NCBI GenBank assembly: GCA_001938485.1
Contig: MQRK01233039.1
Location: forward strand, 20,464-75,988
Length of the DNA stretch: 55,525 nt
From: Girardia tigrina
Lineage: Eukaryota
Direction of reading: 5' to 3'
In this document: one piece after another, positions 13,900 through 24,128 of the stretch
How the letters are laid out: the number at the start of each line of letters is the position of its first letter
Position numbering within the stretch: position 1 is the first letter of the stretch
Notes under the pieces: model-generated
Databases searched by the model: none
What the model was told of the DNA's origin: nothing
What the model saw: the letters and a program-made list of their open reading frames with translations, nothing else
Position numbers and translations under genes: made by a program

Positions 13900-14840
13900 A
13901 ATACTGTATGCACTGTGGACTTACTTACTGTACTTTACGATGCATTCTTGAAGAAGTCCATTATTTTCGTTTGTTTTGTCGCCTTTGTCATCTCTATCAA
14001 CACTTCTTCATTGAGATTCGAAAATGCACGTAAGTGAGAATCAGTAAATCTTGAAGGAGTTAGTAAGAATCGTTCCACTACTTGCAAAGCTTACATTGTT
14101 TCCTTGAACTTAAGAACAACAAGAACATCAGAATCATCAATTTCATCTTCCTAGACCACGTCTAAGATCTCTGTTGTTTTTGAAGAAATGTCATGGTTTG
14201 ATTTCCACTGGTTTATCCAATTTGTGTCTATTTCTACGTCTCCACTTATTTCTCCCAGAGTCTTGGCAAATGTCGTTTCTTTTTGTCTAAGAATTTCTCC
14301 ACTCAGTTGGCTGTTCTGTTCGCATGATTGTGAACCATTCTACCAAAGCTTTGGATGTCTGCTCAAATTTCGTTGATTTTATTCGTTTAATATTTCCAGT
14401 GATGCATTTCTCACTGCAGAGACATTTAATTTTTTCTTGGCCTTTCAAAATATCACAAAGTGTTTGCGTTTTGACATCAAAATGCTTCGTGATATCAGTT
14501 TGCTTTAAGGCCTTGTTTTGCTCTGCAAAATAGACGAATTTATACTTGCATTCTAAGCGAATTTCTGTTTGTGCTCGCTTCTTGGCCATAGCTAAAAAAT
14601 AAATAACTAAATAATTAATAAATTAAATAATCAATATCTTTTAATATCTTTTTTATGATAATAATATTTACTACTGAACAGAACTTAAATTTTTTATTTC
14701 ATTTTAACCATAGATATTCGTGCTTAATTTCACGTTCAACAATATTAAATATACGGATAAGGTTTACAAAATATAGACTTGGTTTAGAAAAATCTTCCGG
14801 ATTTCACGAATATCCGGATTAGGCAAATTTGACTTTATGT
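13900..14840 (-). mobile_element. Tigger/pogo-like transposon remnant (N-terminal HTH + CENP-B-type HTH)
   Basis: ORF 14287-14589 (KRAQTEIRLECK..KQTDITKHFDVKTQTLCDILK..KRIKSTKFEQTSKALVEWF); acidic C-terminal remnant near 14050-14200; ends uncertain. Confidence 0.7.
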
Positions 14841-14927
14841 ATATATATATATTATCTAGAATTAATAATGGCATTTTTAATAAAAATGCAAACAAAGGTC
14901 ATTTTTGATTATTAACTTTATTGACAA

Positions 14928-14964
14928 TACAGACGCGTTTCACCATCTCGGCATCTTCAGTGCA
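14928..14964 (-). ncRNA. Minimal type I hammerhead ribozyme (PLE-associated), best-preserved copy
   Basis: Minus strand UGCA-CUGAAGA-U-GCC GAGAU GGU-GAAA-CGC GUC^UGUA: complete core, stems I and II, palindromic ACGCGU at stem III, GUC cleavage triplet. Confidence 0.88.
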
Positions 14965-15043
14965 ATGAAATAAAGTGATTAATTACTATTTATATAGTTG
15001 AAAACTATTACATCATACGTCTCAAAAACATGCTTTTTGTCAT

Positions 15044-15080
15044 TGCACTGAAGATGCCGAAATGGTGAAACGCGTATGTA
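15044..15080 (+). ncRNA. Minimal type I hammerhead ribozyme
   Basis: UGCA-CUGAAGA-U-GCC GAAAU GGU-GAAA-CGC GUA^UGUA. Confidence 0.85.
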
Positions 15081-15123
15081 TTGTCAATAAATTTAATAAT
15101 CAATAATGGCCTTTGTTTGCATT

Positions 15124-15230
15124 ATATATATATATATATATATNNNNNNNNNNNNNNNNNNNNNNNNNNNNNNNNNNNNNNNNNNNNNNNNNNTATATAT
15201 ATATATATATATGTGTGTAAGTGTGTGTGT
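15124..15230. repeat. (TA)n/(TG)n microsatellite with gap; other (TA)n at 15893-16002 and 50629-50665
   Basis: Direct reading. Confidence 0.9.
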
Positions 15231-15887
15231 GTACTCAGACTTCAAAAAATACCGAATTAATCTATTATCCAAATGTACAAAATGAGAAGGAAGTTTAAAT
15301 TAGATGTTTGAAAAAAACTTAAATCTCTTTGATAAAATTTAAATCTCCTTAATAAAGTATTTTTCTTTTTATATTTTCATTTTAATGTCATTAATATTCA
15401 TAATTTTAGAACTCTTTTATAGCTTTTGATTAAAATTAAAAGAAACTTTATATTTTTGATTTGACAAACAACAATTGTATATTTCTATTCAGATAAAGCA
15501 ATAATAATATTTATACTAATTATACGGAGAAAGAATTACCTTAGAAGATTCGGTAAAATAATGAAAATTGTAATTTATTTATACAGAAATAACTTAAAAT
15601 AATATTTAAATATTTGGTGCATTTACATCAAATTGTTTATTATACGGATCTAAAATTCCTAAATAAATTAACCTTTGAAACTCTTCTATGAAATAAAATA
15701 TAATATAAATATATATTTAAAAAGATAAATAAACATTTGATATAGCATAACCATTATCCGCTTTATACATAAAGTTATGTTTATAAAATTACAAAAATTC
15801 TTATTTAATAAAATAGAAACTTTAAAATTTAGTAAAGTAGTCAGTAAAGATATTATGGTTAAATTAACAAAAAATATCTAGAATATA

Positions 15888-15921
<34 letters not shown>

Positions 15922-16005
15922 NNNNNNNNNNNNNNNNNNNNNNNNNNNNNNNNNNNNNNNNNNNNNNNNNNNNNNNNNNNNNNATATATATATATATATA
16001 TATTA

Positions 16006-17545
16006 TAGAACTGATAATGGCATTTTTAATAATAATGAAAAGAAAGGCCATTTTTGAATATTAAATTTATTCACAATACGTACGCGTTTCACCATTTCGG
16101 TATCTTCAGTGCAATGAAATAAAGAGATTAATTACTATTTATATAGTTGAAAAACTATTACATCATACGTCTCAAAAACATGCTTTTTTTTCTCCTTATT
16201 TTTTTAAAGTATTTTAATGATATTTAAAAAACTTTAATATGATTAGATGAATCACCTTGCACGTTTAAGCATGGTTTATGATGCTTTATTAACAATGTTT
16301 CGGCAATAATCCTTTCATAATTTGTGTCAAAATTATTTAAAATCACTTTAAAATCTTTATTCTAATCTATAAGATTACCTTTACATCTTTTAATATGGCT
16401 CAATATCGAACTATTTCTACTCGAATGAGTATGTTCAGCAATTCTAGTGCGGATATGACGACTTGTCTCTCCAATGTACAAGGCTTCGCACTTGTGACAT
16501 TTGAATTGATAAACTAGATTTGTCTGCACAAAGGAGTTTTTGATTTGTTGGAAAAATAGTTCCGGCATTTATTAGTTAAAAAGATTACTCTCAATTTTAA
16601 GCCAACAGGTGTTCGATGTTCTAAAAATCGTTTGAACTCCTTTGCTCCCTCTGAGTACGGTAATTTTAGATTGATAGTCATTTGATTATAAATGCCATTT
16701 CCCGAAGTTATATTTGATGTATTATTTGATTTTAAATAAATGGATTCAACAGTATCTTTTATGATTTTATTTAAATACTTTTTATTAAATCCATTTTAGA
16801 AAGCCTATTATGAAGTTCATCAACTTCATTATCAAATATCTCAAAGGTTGATGTTAAACCCCAGACTCTATGTACCAAACCTTTAATTATGTTCCTATTG
16901 TATTTTGGGTCAGAAAAACTGTTTGGACAACTGTACAAACCGGTATCAGTTGGTTTTCGATATAATCGAGTCTGATATTTATCTTTAATGCTTTCAATTA
17001 ATACATCTAAAAATGATAGTTTATTAGTATTTCAAAGGTAAACTTGATATTATGGTGAAGACCATTTACATACTCTAAAAAGCGTGAGACATTATCTTCA
17101 CCTTTCAATATAAGAAAAGTGTTATCAACATATCTCGTATAAAATAAAGGTAATTTTCCATTAAAATTATTGAACTTTTGTTCTAAATTATGCAAAAAGA
17201 GGCAATCAAAGGCGTTAAAGGTGAACCCATAGCGATTCCATCAGTTTGCATAAACCATTTTTCATTAAAAATAAATGGTACGTTTTTAGTACTGAATTCC
17301 AATAATTCTCTTAATGCTTTACTACTCAATGACTTAGTTTTATCTTCTACCAAATTATCCCATAATTTAACTCATAAATTAATGGTTTCTCATTCATTAA
17401 GATTTTAAAGTGATTTTAAATAATTTTGATACAAATTATGAAAGGATTATTGCCGAAGCATTGTTAATAAAGCATCATAAACCATGCTTAAACGTGCAAG
17501 GTGATTCATCTAATCATATTAAAGTTTTTTAAATATCATAAAAGA
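16006..17545 (-). mobile_element. Penelope-like element (RT + GIY-YIG endonuclease), 5'-truncated, with inverted 5' repeat
   Basis: RT motifs QTDGIAMGSPL, RYVDNTF, YRKPTDTGLY; EN motif VYQFKCHKCEALYIGETSRHIRTRIAEH; ~17397-17545 is the inverted copy of ~16210-16355; stops and frameshifts present. Confidence 0.93.
16077..16113 (-). ncRNA. Minimal type I hammerhead ribozyme (stem I mismatch)
   Basis: UGCA-CUGAAGA-U-ACC GAAAU GGU-GAAA-CGC GUA^CGUA; A-C mismatch at the first stem I pair. Confidence 0.78.
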
Positions 17546-19152
17546 CTTTTTTTAAAGAAAAAAAATTTCATTCCAGTAATATTTTCCGTAGCGTTCTCTC
17601 GTCTTGGTGAGTAACTGCATTCAGGCTAATATATTGGCTAAATTGATCAATTATAGCCAAAATATACTGATATCCATTAACATTTCTGTTGAATGGTCCA
17701 CAAAAGTCAATATATATCTTTTGAAAAGGTTCATCTGCAAATTACTTAATATGTCTTTCTTTTGTTTTCGCAGTTAGTGTTTTTCGCTTTTGACAATTTA
17801 TGCAACTTTGAACAACTTCTTTTATCTTTTCTCTCATATTTTCCATATCAAAATCATCTCTGAGGTAGTTAAAAACCTTTTTACTCGCAGCATGACATAA
17901 CATCTTATGCATATCTTCAATATAATCGGTTCTATTTGTTCTCGGGATCCAGTACTTATTATTTTCCGTTGCTACAATGTCATCTTTCAGTTTCCATTTA
18001 TTTGTTCTTCCTTGTTTCAAATCGTTTTTGATTTTTTTCGATTTCTTCATTGTCATTCTGCCATTTGAAATTATTTGGTTCTTCGTGTAACGCTAGAATT
18101 CGAGTTTTAATCTTTCCTTTCTTCGCTTCTTCATGTGTTGTTTGGCATTGACTACATAATNNNNNNNNNNNNNNNNNNNNNNNNNNNNCATTTGAATGTC
18201 TTTCACCTTTCCTGTATTCCATTCTCATATCAAGACCGCTGAGAAAATTTATCCATGTTTGAAATTGCGGTGTTATTGGGTTCTTTGTGGTCATCATAAA
18301 CGTAATAGCTTTGTGGAATGTTCGCAACAAGAATCTTTTCCCATATAAGAAATGCTTAAAATGCTGAGTGAAATAATATATCGCTAGTAATAATTCTTTT
18401 CTGGTAATGCAATAACCAAGTTCATGTTTATTCATCTTATGAGAACCATATGCTATGACTCTTTCTCTTCCACTCGAGTCTTTTTGTGACAGTACTGCTC
18501 CAATCGTATCNNNNNNNNNNNNNNNNNNNNNNNNNNNNNNNNNNNNNNNNNNNNNNNNNNNNNNNNNNNNNNNNNNNNNNNNNNNNNNNNNNNNNNNNNN
18601 NNNAGCTTCGTCACATTCTTTTGTCCATATTATTTTCTTATCCTTGTTTTTGCCACACAGGCCTTCTAAAACTTTCGAATATCTTGCATAATCTTTTATG
18701 AATTTTCTGTAATAATTTGTCAAACCCAAGAAATTCCTTAAATGTTTAATATATTTGAACATTTTGAAATTTGTTAATCGCATCGATCTTTGTTTTATCA
18801 GTTTCTATACCATTACCACTTATTACGTACCCCAAAAACTTGGTCTTTTCTACTAGAAATTGACATTTCTCTGGATTTATCCTCAAACCTGATTCTTTGA
18901 TTTTTTTAAATTTCTTCATTCTTCGTTTTGCTTCTTTTTTCTTCCATTTTACTACTAAAACAGTTTCCTTCACATTCTTTCCAACAATCTAATTTTCAAT
19001 CACACACACATTCACATACACAATCACACACACCATCATACTTATTTTTATCACTTAATGAAGCACATTGATCACCTCTCCTTGTGATCGTGCCTCCTCG
19101 TTTCCCTGCTCATTTTCACACCTTTGTCTCTTATCTTGGAAGACCCTTTTAG

Positions 19153-20082
19153 TTAACTTTCCTTGATTTGATCTAGTCTCTTTGTATTCGCTGTCGTCAT
19201 TGCATTCATCAATTTCCGCAACTGGGTATTGACGATTTTGAGGTCTATTATTGTATCCTGCATTATTTTTTTCTTCCAATCGCTGTTTCTACTGTACTGT
19301 TCTCTTTCCTTAAATATATTCTTGTTGAGATAACATTGAGTTCTATAATGGCCATTTCTGTTGCAGTGAGTACACTTCACATTTGGACAATCTCTTCTTA
19401 TGTGGCCTTCTTCTTCACATGCATAACATTTTACGGTTCTGTAATAATTGTTTTTCGGTTTGAATCCATTATTTCCTTTGTTCCTATTGTTGTGTTCGTA
19501 ATGCCTATGCGGGGTTCTTTCGTTATGTACAGCTTTGCGTCTAGTTACGGTTTTCCAATTATCTTGTTTATTTACCGTCGTATATGCTGCCACTGTTTCC
19601 TCACTTTCCATTTTACGTAGTTCGTACATATTGGTAACTACGCTTTTTATATCTTTGGTTTCAGTTGTTCCTCTCAGTTTTAATTCTTTTTTGATTTCAT
19701 AACTGTCAACCATATTTAAACGGGCAAGGTTGAGTAGTTCTTTTTTAGACAATTTTTCTTTGGTTAGTATATTCACAAGTTCTTCTGCTTTTTTGTATGT
19801 TTCTTGTGGGTTGGAGGATCCCCACCGTAAGTTTACCAACTCATTCATTGTATCCAGAATGGATTTTTCTTTAGTAAATGCAGCCTTCAATTTTTCTTTG
19901 TAATTTTTACCGTCCATCTCTGAATATTTTTTTATTGCCGACGGTGTCATAAACACAGTCACCATCACTATTTTCCTCTCTTCTGCTATACCCATAATGT
20001 CGGAATAGCGTTCGAAATTATCAATGAAATCTTCCAAATTCGATTCTGATCCATTGAATTTTTCACATCCCATAATGTTCAT
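19153..20082 (-). CDS. gag: Gypsy gag (open frame, two CCHC knuckles)
   Basis: Part of ORF 19153-20184; the true start is probably downstream of the PBS at about 20082 (MNIMG...). Confidence 0.8.
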   Translation of the reverse strand: MNIMGCEKFNGSESNLEDFIDNFERYSDIMGIAEERKIVMVTVFMTPSAIKKYSEMDGKNYKEKLKAAFTKEKSILDTMNELVNLRWGSSNPQETYKKAEELVNILTKEKLSKKELLNLARLNMVDSYEIKKELKLRGTTETKDIKSVVTNMYELRKMESEETVAAYTTVNKQDNWKTVTRRKAVHNERTPHRHYEHNNRNKGNNGFKPKNNYYRTVKCYACEEEGHIRRDCPNVKCTHCNRNGHYRTQCYLNKNIFKEREQYSRNSDWKKKIMQDTIIDLKIVNTQLRKLMNAMTTANTKRLDQIKES

Positions 20083-20091
20083 TGTCACATG

Positions 20092-20105
20092 AGCCGTGGT
20101 CGCCA
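20092..20105 (-). promoter_or_regulatory. Putative primer binding site (TGGCGACCACGGCT)
   Basis: TGG-initial GC-rich motif at the junction of AT-rich LTR-like sequence and gag. Confidence 0.65.
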
Positions 20106-20594
20106 TATTAACAGCATCACAATTTGAATGCAAACATTTATTGACAACACAAACACTTTCTTCACAACAATTTTCATTGGTCATCTTTCTTTGATTGATA
20201 TAGTTTTTTTTGTTAATATATTCAAATCTAAAAAAACAACGAATGGGAAAGATTAATAATAAATTTTAATTTCTCATAATTTTTATTGGATAAAAGTCAT
20301 TACATAATTTTTTAAATAAAAATTAATTTTTAAAATATGTTTTTATATCTTTGGTTTCAGTTGTTCCTCTCAGTTTTAATTCTTAATAAGTTAAAATCAT
20401 TTACTGAAAATATTATTAAAATTCATAATTATCAAACTTTAATTAATTAGTACTTAAATTTAATATCATTAAATTAATTTCATTAGATTCAAATAATCGA
20501 TCAATAAACATATCAATCCCATCTGATTAGGAGAGTCACAAATCTAAACAGCATACAAACAACAAACTGACAACATTCCAAATTATCCTTCACA

Positions 20595-20630
20595 GCACTG
20601 AAGATGCCGAAATGGTGAAACTCATATGTA
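20595..20630 (+). ncRNA. Degenerate hammerhead ribozyme copy
   Basis: GCA-CUGAAGA-U-GCC GAAAU GGU-GAAA-CUC AUA^UGUA; core intact but stem III palindrome mutated. Confidence 0.65.
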
Positions 20631-20674
20631 TTGTGAATAAATTTAATATTCAAAAATGGCCTTTGTTTGCATTA

Positions 20675-20848
20675 CGTGGTGTGCTCAATAAGTAGTGAGC
20701 CTAACATAAAAATAATAATCCGATTCCAATGAAATTTATTTTTCATAACAAGCAAGTTATATCTTAATAACTTGCTTGTTATGAAAAAAATTCATTGGAA
20801 TCAGAATATTATTTCTATGTTATTCTCACTACTTATTGAGCGCACCAT
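20675..20848. mobile_element. Fold-back MITE, Tc1/mariner-type
   Basis: Whole element is an imperfect inverted repeat (ggtgtgctcaataagtagtgag...ctcactacttattgagcgcacc) with a ~6-nt centre; TA flanks. Confidence 0.85.
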
Positions 20849-21686
20849 ATATATCCTAAATTTATATGATGATACTAATTATTATAAAAACCTGATTTTT
20901 TTTCATTCATCAAAAGTGATATTTTAAGTTTTCTGTCTTTAGGAAATTAAAGCATATGATACTTTGGAAATCATTACAAAACAAATAAGAGAAAAATATG
21001 AAATAAATATAATTTTTAAAGATATTTAAATATTTTGGTTTGTATAGTTTATTTTAAAACTAAGTTTATTGTGCAACTAAGTTTAGTTAAATTAATTAGT
21101 TAAAATATTTATTAACTAAAAAGATTTAACAATTACTTTATTTATTAAATATACTATATTTTATTATAAATGATACTGACCAATAGGATTGCAACATTAA
21201 AGAAATGAATGTCACTAGTAAAGTCTACCGAAGGCCGTCTGAGTGCTCATTTACTATCATTAGCACTTTCGATCTATTTCAACATCATTTGCATTAAAGT
21301 TAAATATGTTTATCAGATTTTTTTAAATACACTGTATATATATGTGCAAGCAATAAATAAAAATATCTAAATTCGTTTCATTTTATTTTCGATTTACTAC
21401 ATAATGCTGTTTAGATATTTAGACTTTATATCAATAGTATTATATCTTTAGTATGAAAGCAAAAAGCGTGTCCGGAAATTTCTACGAAAATATTTTTAGG
21501 AAGGAAATTTATGAGAATTGAAATTTATACAAATAAAATTAATAAAATGTTTTTCAGAATACAAATTTATGACTAAAAAATGTAAATTTATTTACGGGGA
21601 TGTTTTTTTTCATTTTTGTCAATGTCTATAGATATCCTCAATTAAATTGTCACAAGAAAGAACATGAATTCGACTTTGAATATGTA

Positions 21687-22416
21687 CAGTCGATACCGGT
21701 TAGTGTGAGGTTGTCGGGACTTGATGTTGATGTCACATTAACCGAATCATACTGAAAACTTTATAATGTGCAATTTACAGCGCATGTTTGATTCCGGCAG
21801 ATAGGATATCACTTGAATTCTCATTATCATCTTATTTCTTCCAAAAGTATTCAATACATAGATGTTTAATAATAATAAATATGTGTATAAATATAAGAGT
21901 TTGTATTTACAAACAAAAGTTGTAATACATATTTTAGAAAAGAAAAATTATTAGTACTGGGGCTGAACGTAAGCCATTCTTTTGCCGTTTTACCACCAGT
22001 TGGATTACTTCCCTTGTAAGCCAGTATACCCGATGGTGTTGCTCGATAAAGCAGCCCAGTTTCATCCAAATTGTATTGATCGTTTGAGCTGTACTCCAGT
22101 ATTCCAGGAAAAATATTTTCAATCCGGTTATCACCTCTAATGTATCAGCTGCGGCCTTTTCACCATTTATACGGTGAAAAGTGATGCCATCTCTAACCTT
22201 CAGTCGCTCCAGCCAACTGTGTGTTGGTGTGAAATCAACTCTGAGCTTTATAGCCAACTGCGCAGCTTTTTTTTAGTATCAATGGACCGCTTGCAGCTGC
22301 CACATTAACCGGAGTCATACTAACCGGACCAACTTTGTATATAAAAAAGAAACTCAAAATTCGGGGAATGTCAAAAGTGTCACATTAGCCGGAGTCACAC
22401 TAACCGGACTCGACTG
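21687..22416 (-). mobile_element. Non-autonomous pogo/Tigger element with transposase fragment
   Basis: TIRs CAGTCGAtaCCGGTTAGTGTGA / TCACACTAACCGGacTCGACTG, TA flanks; SWLERLKVRDGI and NLDETGLLYRATP...GGKTAKEWLT motifs. Confidence 0.9.
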
Positions 22417-22644
22417 TACTTTGATTTATGATGCAGTATAATGAAATAATAATATCTGCTTAACAAGTTATGTAACAATTTCATAATATAACGCAATACT
22501 TTGACGTGCTTGTGGTTACCAGTTAATATTTGAATTTTACCGGCCTTTTTGTACAGATAATTAACAGTTATAAAGGAACAAATAAAACTAACAAATATAT
22601 ATTAAAGAATTTGGACCAACATTATATATATGGGAAGCTTTCGC

Positions 22645-23030
22645 CAGAGCCGTAATGAGGGCGGTGCGGCCGCACCGGGCGCATGGGCGCCAAAATCGCA
22701 AAATGACCAATTTTAATTTTGTTTCGTTTTTATTATATATTAAAGTTGAAAAGTTATAAAATCAAAATTTTGTTAGTTTTTTGTTATTATTTTATGCGCA
22801 ATATGGCAACAACAATTTAAGTGATTTTGCATTATTTATTAATTATCTATAATCTATTATTTCATTGCAAGGCTTAAGCATCAATGCTGCGTCATAGAGC
22901 ATGTGAATACGAACGTCCAAAGTCAATTTAATTCTTTTAAGGCATAATTTGTAGTAGTGAATGTTTTTCGCGCTGGGGGCGCCAGATTTGAACTTCGCAC
23001 AGGGCGCAATTTTTCCTTACTGCGGCTCTG
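22645..23030. mobile_element. hAT-type MITE with 8-bp TSD
   Basis: Termini CAGAGCCG...CGGCTCTG; perfect TSD GCTTTCGC at 22637-22644 and 23031-23038; GC-rich subterminal motifs. Confidence 0.9.
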
Positions 23031-23461
23031 GCTTTCGCCGGCCAGAATAACGAAATGATATGCTTTATGATAAATTACATATAATAAATTATAATTCCCC
23101 GAAATTTAATACATACATATAATTCCAATCAATTAAGTCGAATAATAGGTCACATTATTTATTGTTAATAAAACAAGATAATATTGTTCCTATTTAGTCA
23201 ACGTTCTCAAATCATTGCAATGACGTTTTCATTTAAAGAACAATACTTTCACCTTTCATTTACAGTTAAAATCACATATTTTAGGTTTCTTTTTCTTGGG
23301 AAATAGGCTGTAATGATGATTTGATTTCCAAAGTGATAATAATTATAGAAAATAAATAACCGAAAAGTAAATCACAATATACTTAAAATAAATATAAAAA
23401 AAGTATAAAAAAATAACTTTTTAAATTATTGAAATTTATTTAAATTTCATAATTATTTTAG

Positions 23462-23530
23462 ATGAAGTTGAAAATTCTGTCGAAATATCCGGACCTTTTA
23501 ACATCGAACAAATCCAGCAGTATTTAATAG
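23462..23530 (+). CDS. NFI: NFI-like gene, exon B
   Basis: tttag| acceptor, phase 1 matches exon A. Reads (D)EVENSVEISGPFNIEQIQQYLI, resembling the conserved NFI post-DBD motif DSFVTSGVF/WxVTELVRV. Donor G|gtttt at 23531. Confidence 0.78.
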
Positions 23531-23575
23531 GTTTTTGATCTTTTCTATCAGATTTTAAATAACCTGTTAATGTAG

Positions 23576-23876
23576 AAGACTTAAAACCATGTGTTCAGTC
23601 TCTTGAAAAAATGGTTTTAAGTGCAACAGACCGGTCAATTTTATGTGCACATCCTGATCTTGACAACATCAATAGTTCAACTGCCATTTCTGCCACTTAC
23701 GATTCTCCAAGAACAATTGTGAATGATAGTTCTTCTCAGTATAAAGCATTCCACTTTGATAAGTCAAATAATTCAAGACCAATGAAAAGATTAAACAATC
23801 ATTTGGCACCCGACTGTAAGTCACCGAATTCCATAAAACGAGGTCGAATGTTAGATCGTAAAGCAGGAAGTAAAAG
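23576..23876 (+). CDS. NFI: NFI-like gene, exon C
   Basis: tgtag| acceptor after a 45-nt intron; phase 1 puts it in frame with ORF 23611-23901; donor AG|gttatt at 23877 (phase 2). Confidence 0.78.
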
Positions 23877-24128
23877 GTTATTTAAAACTTTTTTATATTG
23901 AAGTATTTCTTCAAATTTCAATTATTATAATACTATTTTATATTACTTCCATTAAATCAATTGATAAGGATATATTATATTATATCAAATGATTATATTA
24001 TTTCAGTATATTGTGTGTGTAATTTTTTTTTTATTCTTAAAAAAAGAACATTTTTATATTTTTAAAAAAAGTCGTTTTTGTTTTTTATTTAAACAATTAA
24101 GTATCATTTTTTAATTAATTGTTAGGAT

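Larger units (their letters stand above)
14857..15123 (-). mobile_element. Short truncated Penelope-like element: pLTR (14857-15038) plus inverted partial pLTR (15040-15123), in a (TA)n tract
   Basis: Near-identical to 16006-16190 at the 3' end of the PLE ORF; the second part is the reverse complement of 14885-14968; flanked by TA repeats. Confidence 0.85.
17560..20570 (-). mobile_element. Ty3/Gypsy LTR retrotransposon, deleted (gag, partial RT-RNase H-integrase)
   Basis: gag with CYACEEEGHIRRDC and CTHCNRNGHYRTQC knuckles; pol motifs INPEKCQF, FLGLTNYYRKFI, IGAVLSQ, YCITRKELLA, integrase H..H..C..C; protease and most of RT missing; right boundary approximate. Confidence 0.92.

Noticed and set aside
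20106-20184. N-terminal extension of the gag ORF
   Set aside because: Lies upstream of the putative PBS, in LTR-like sequence.
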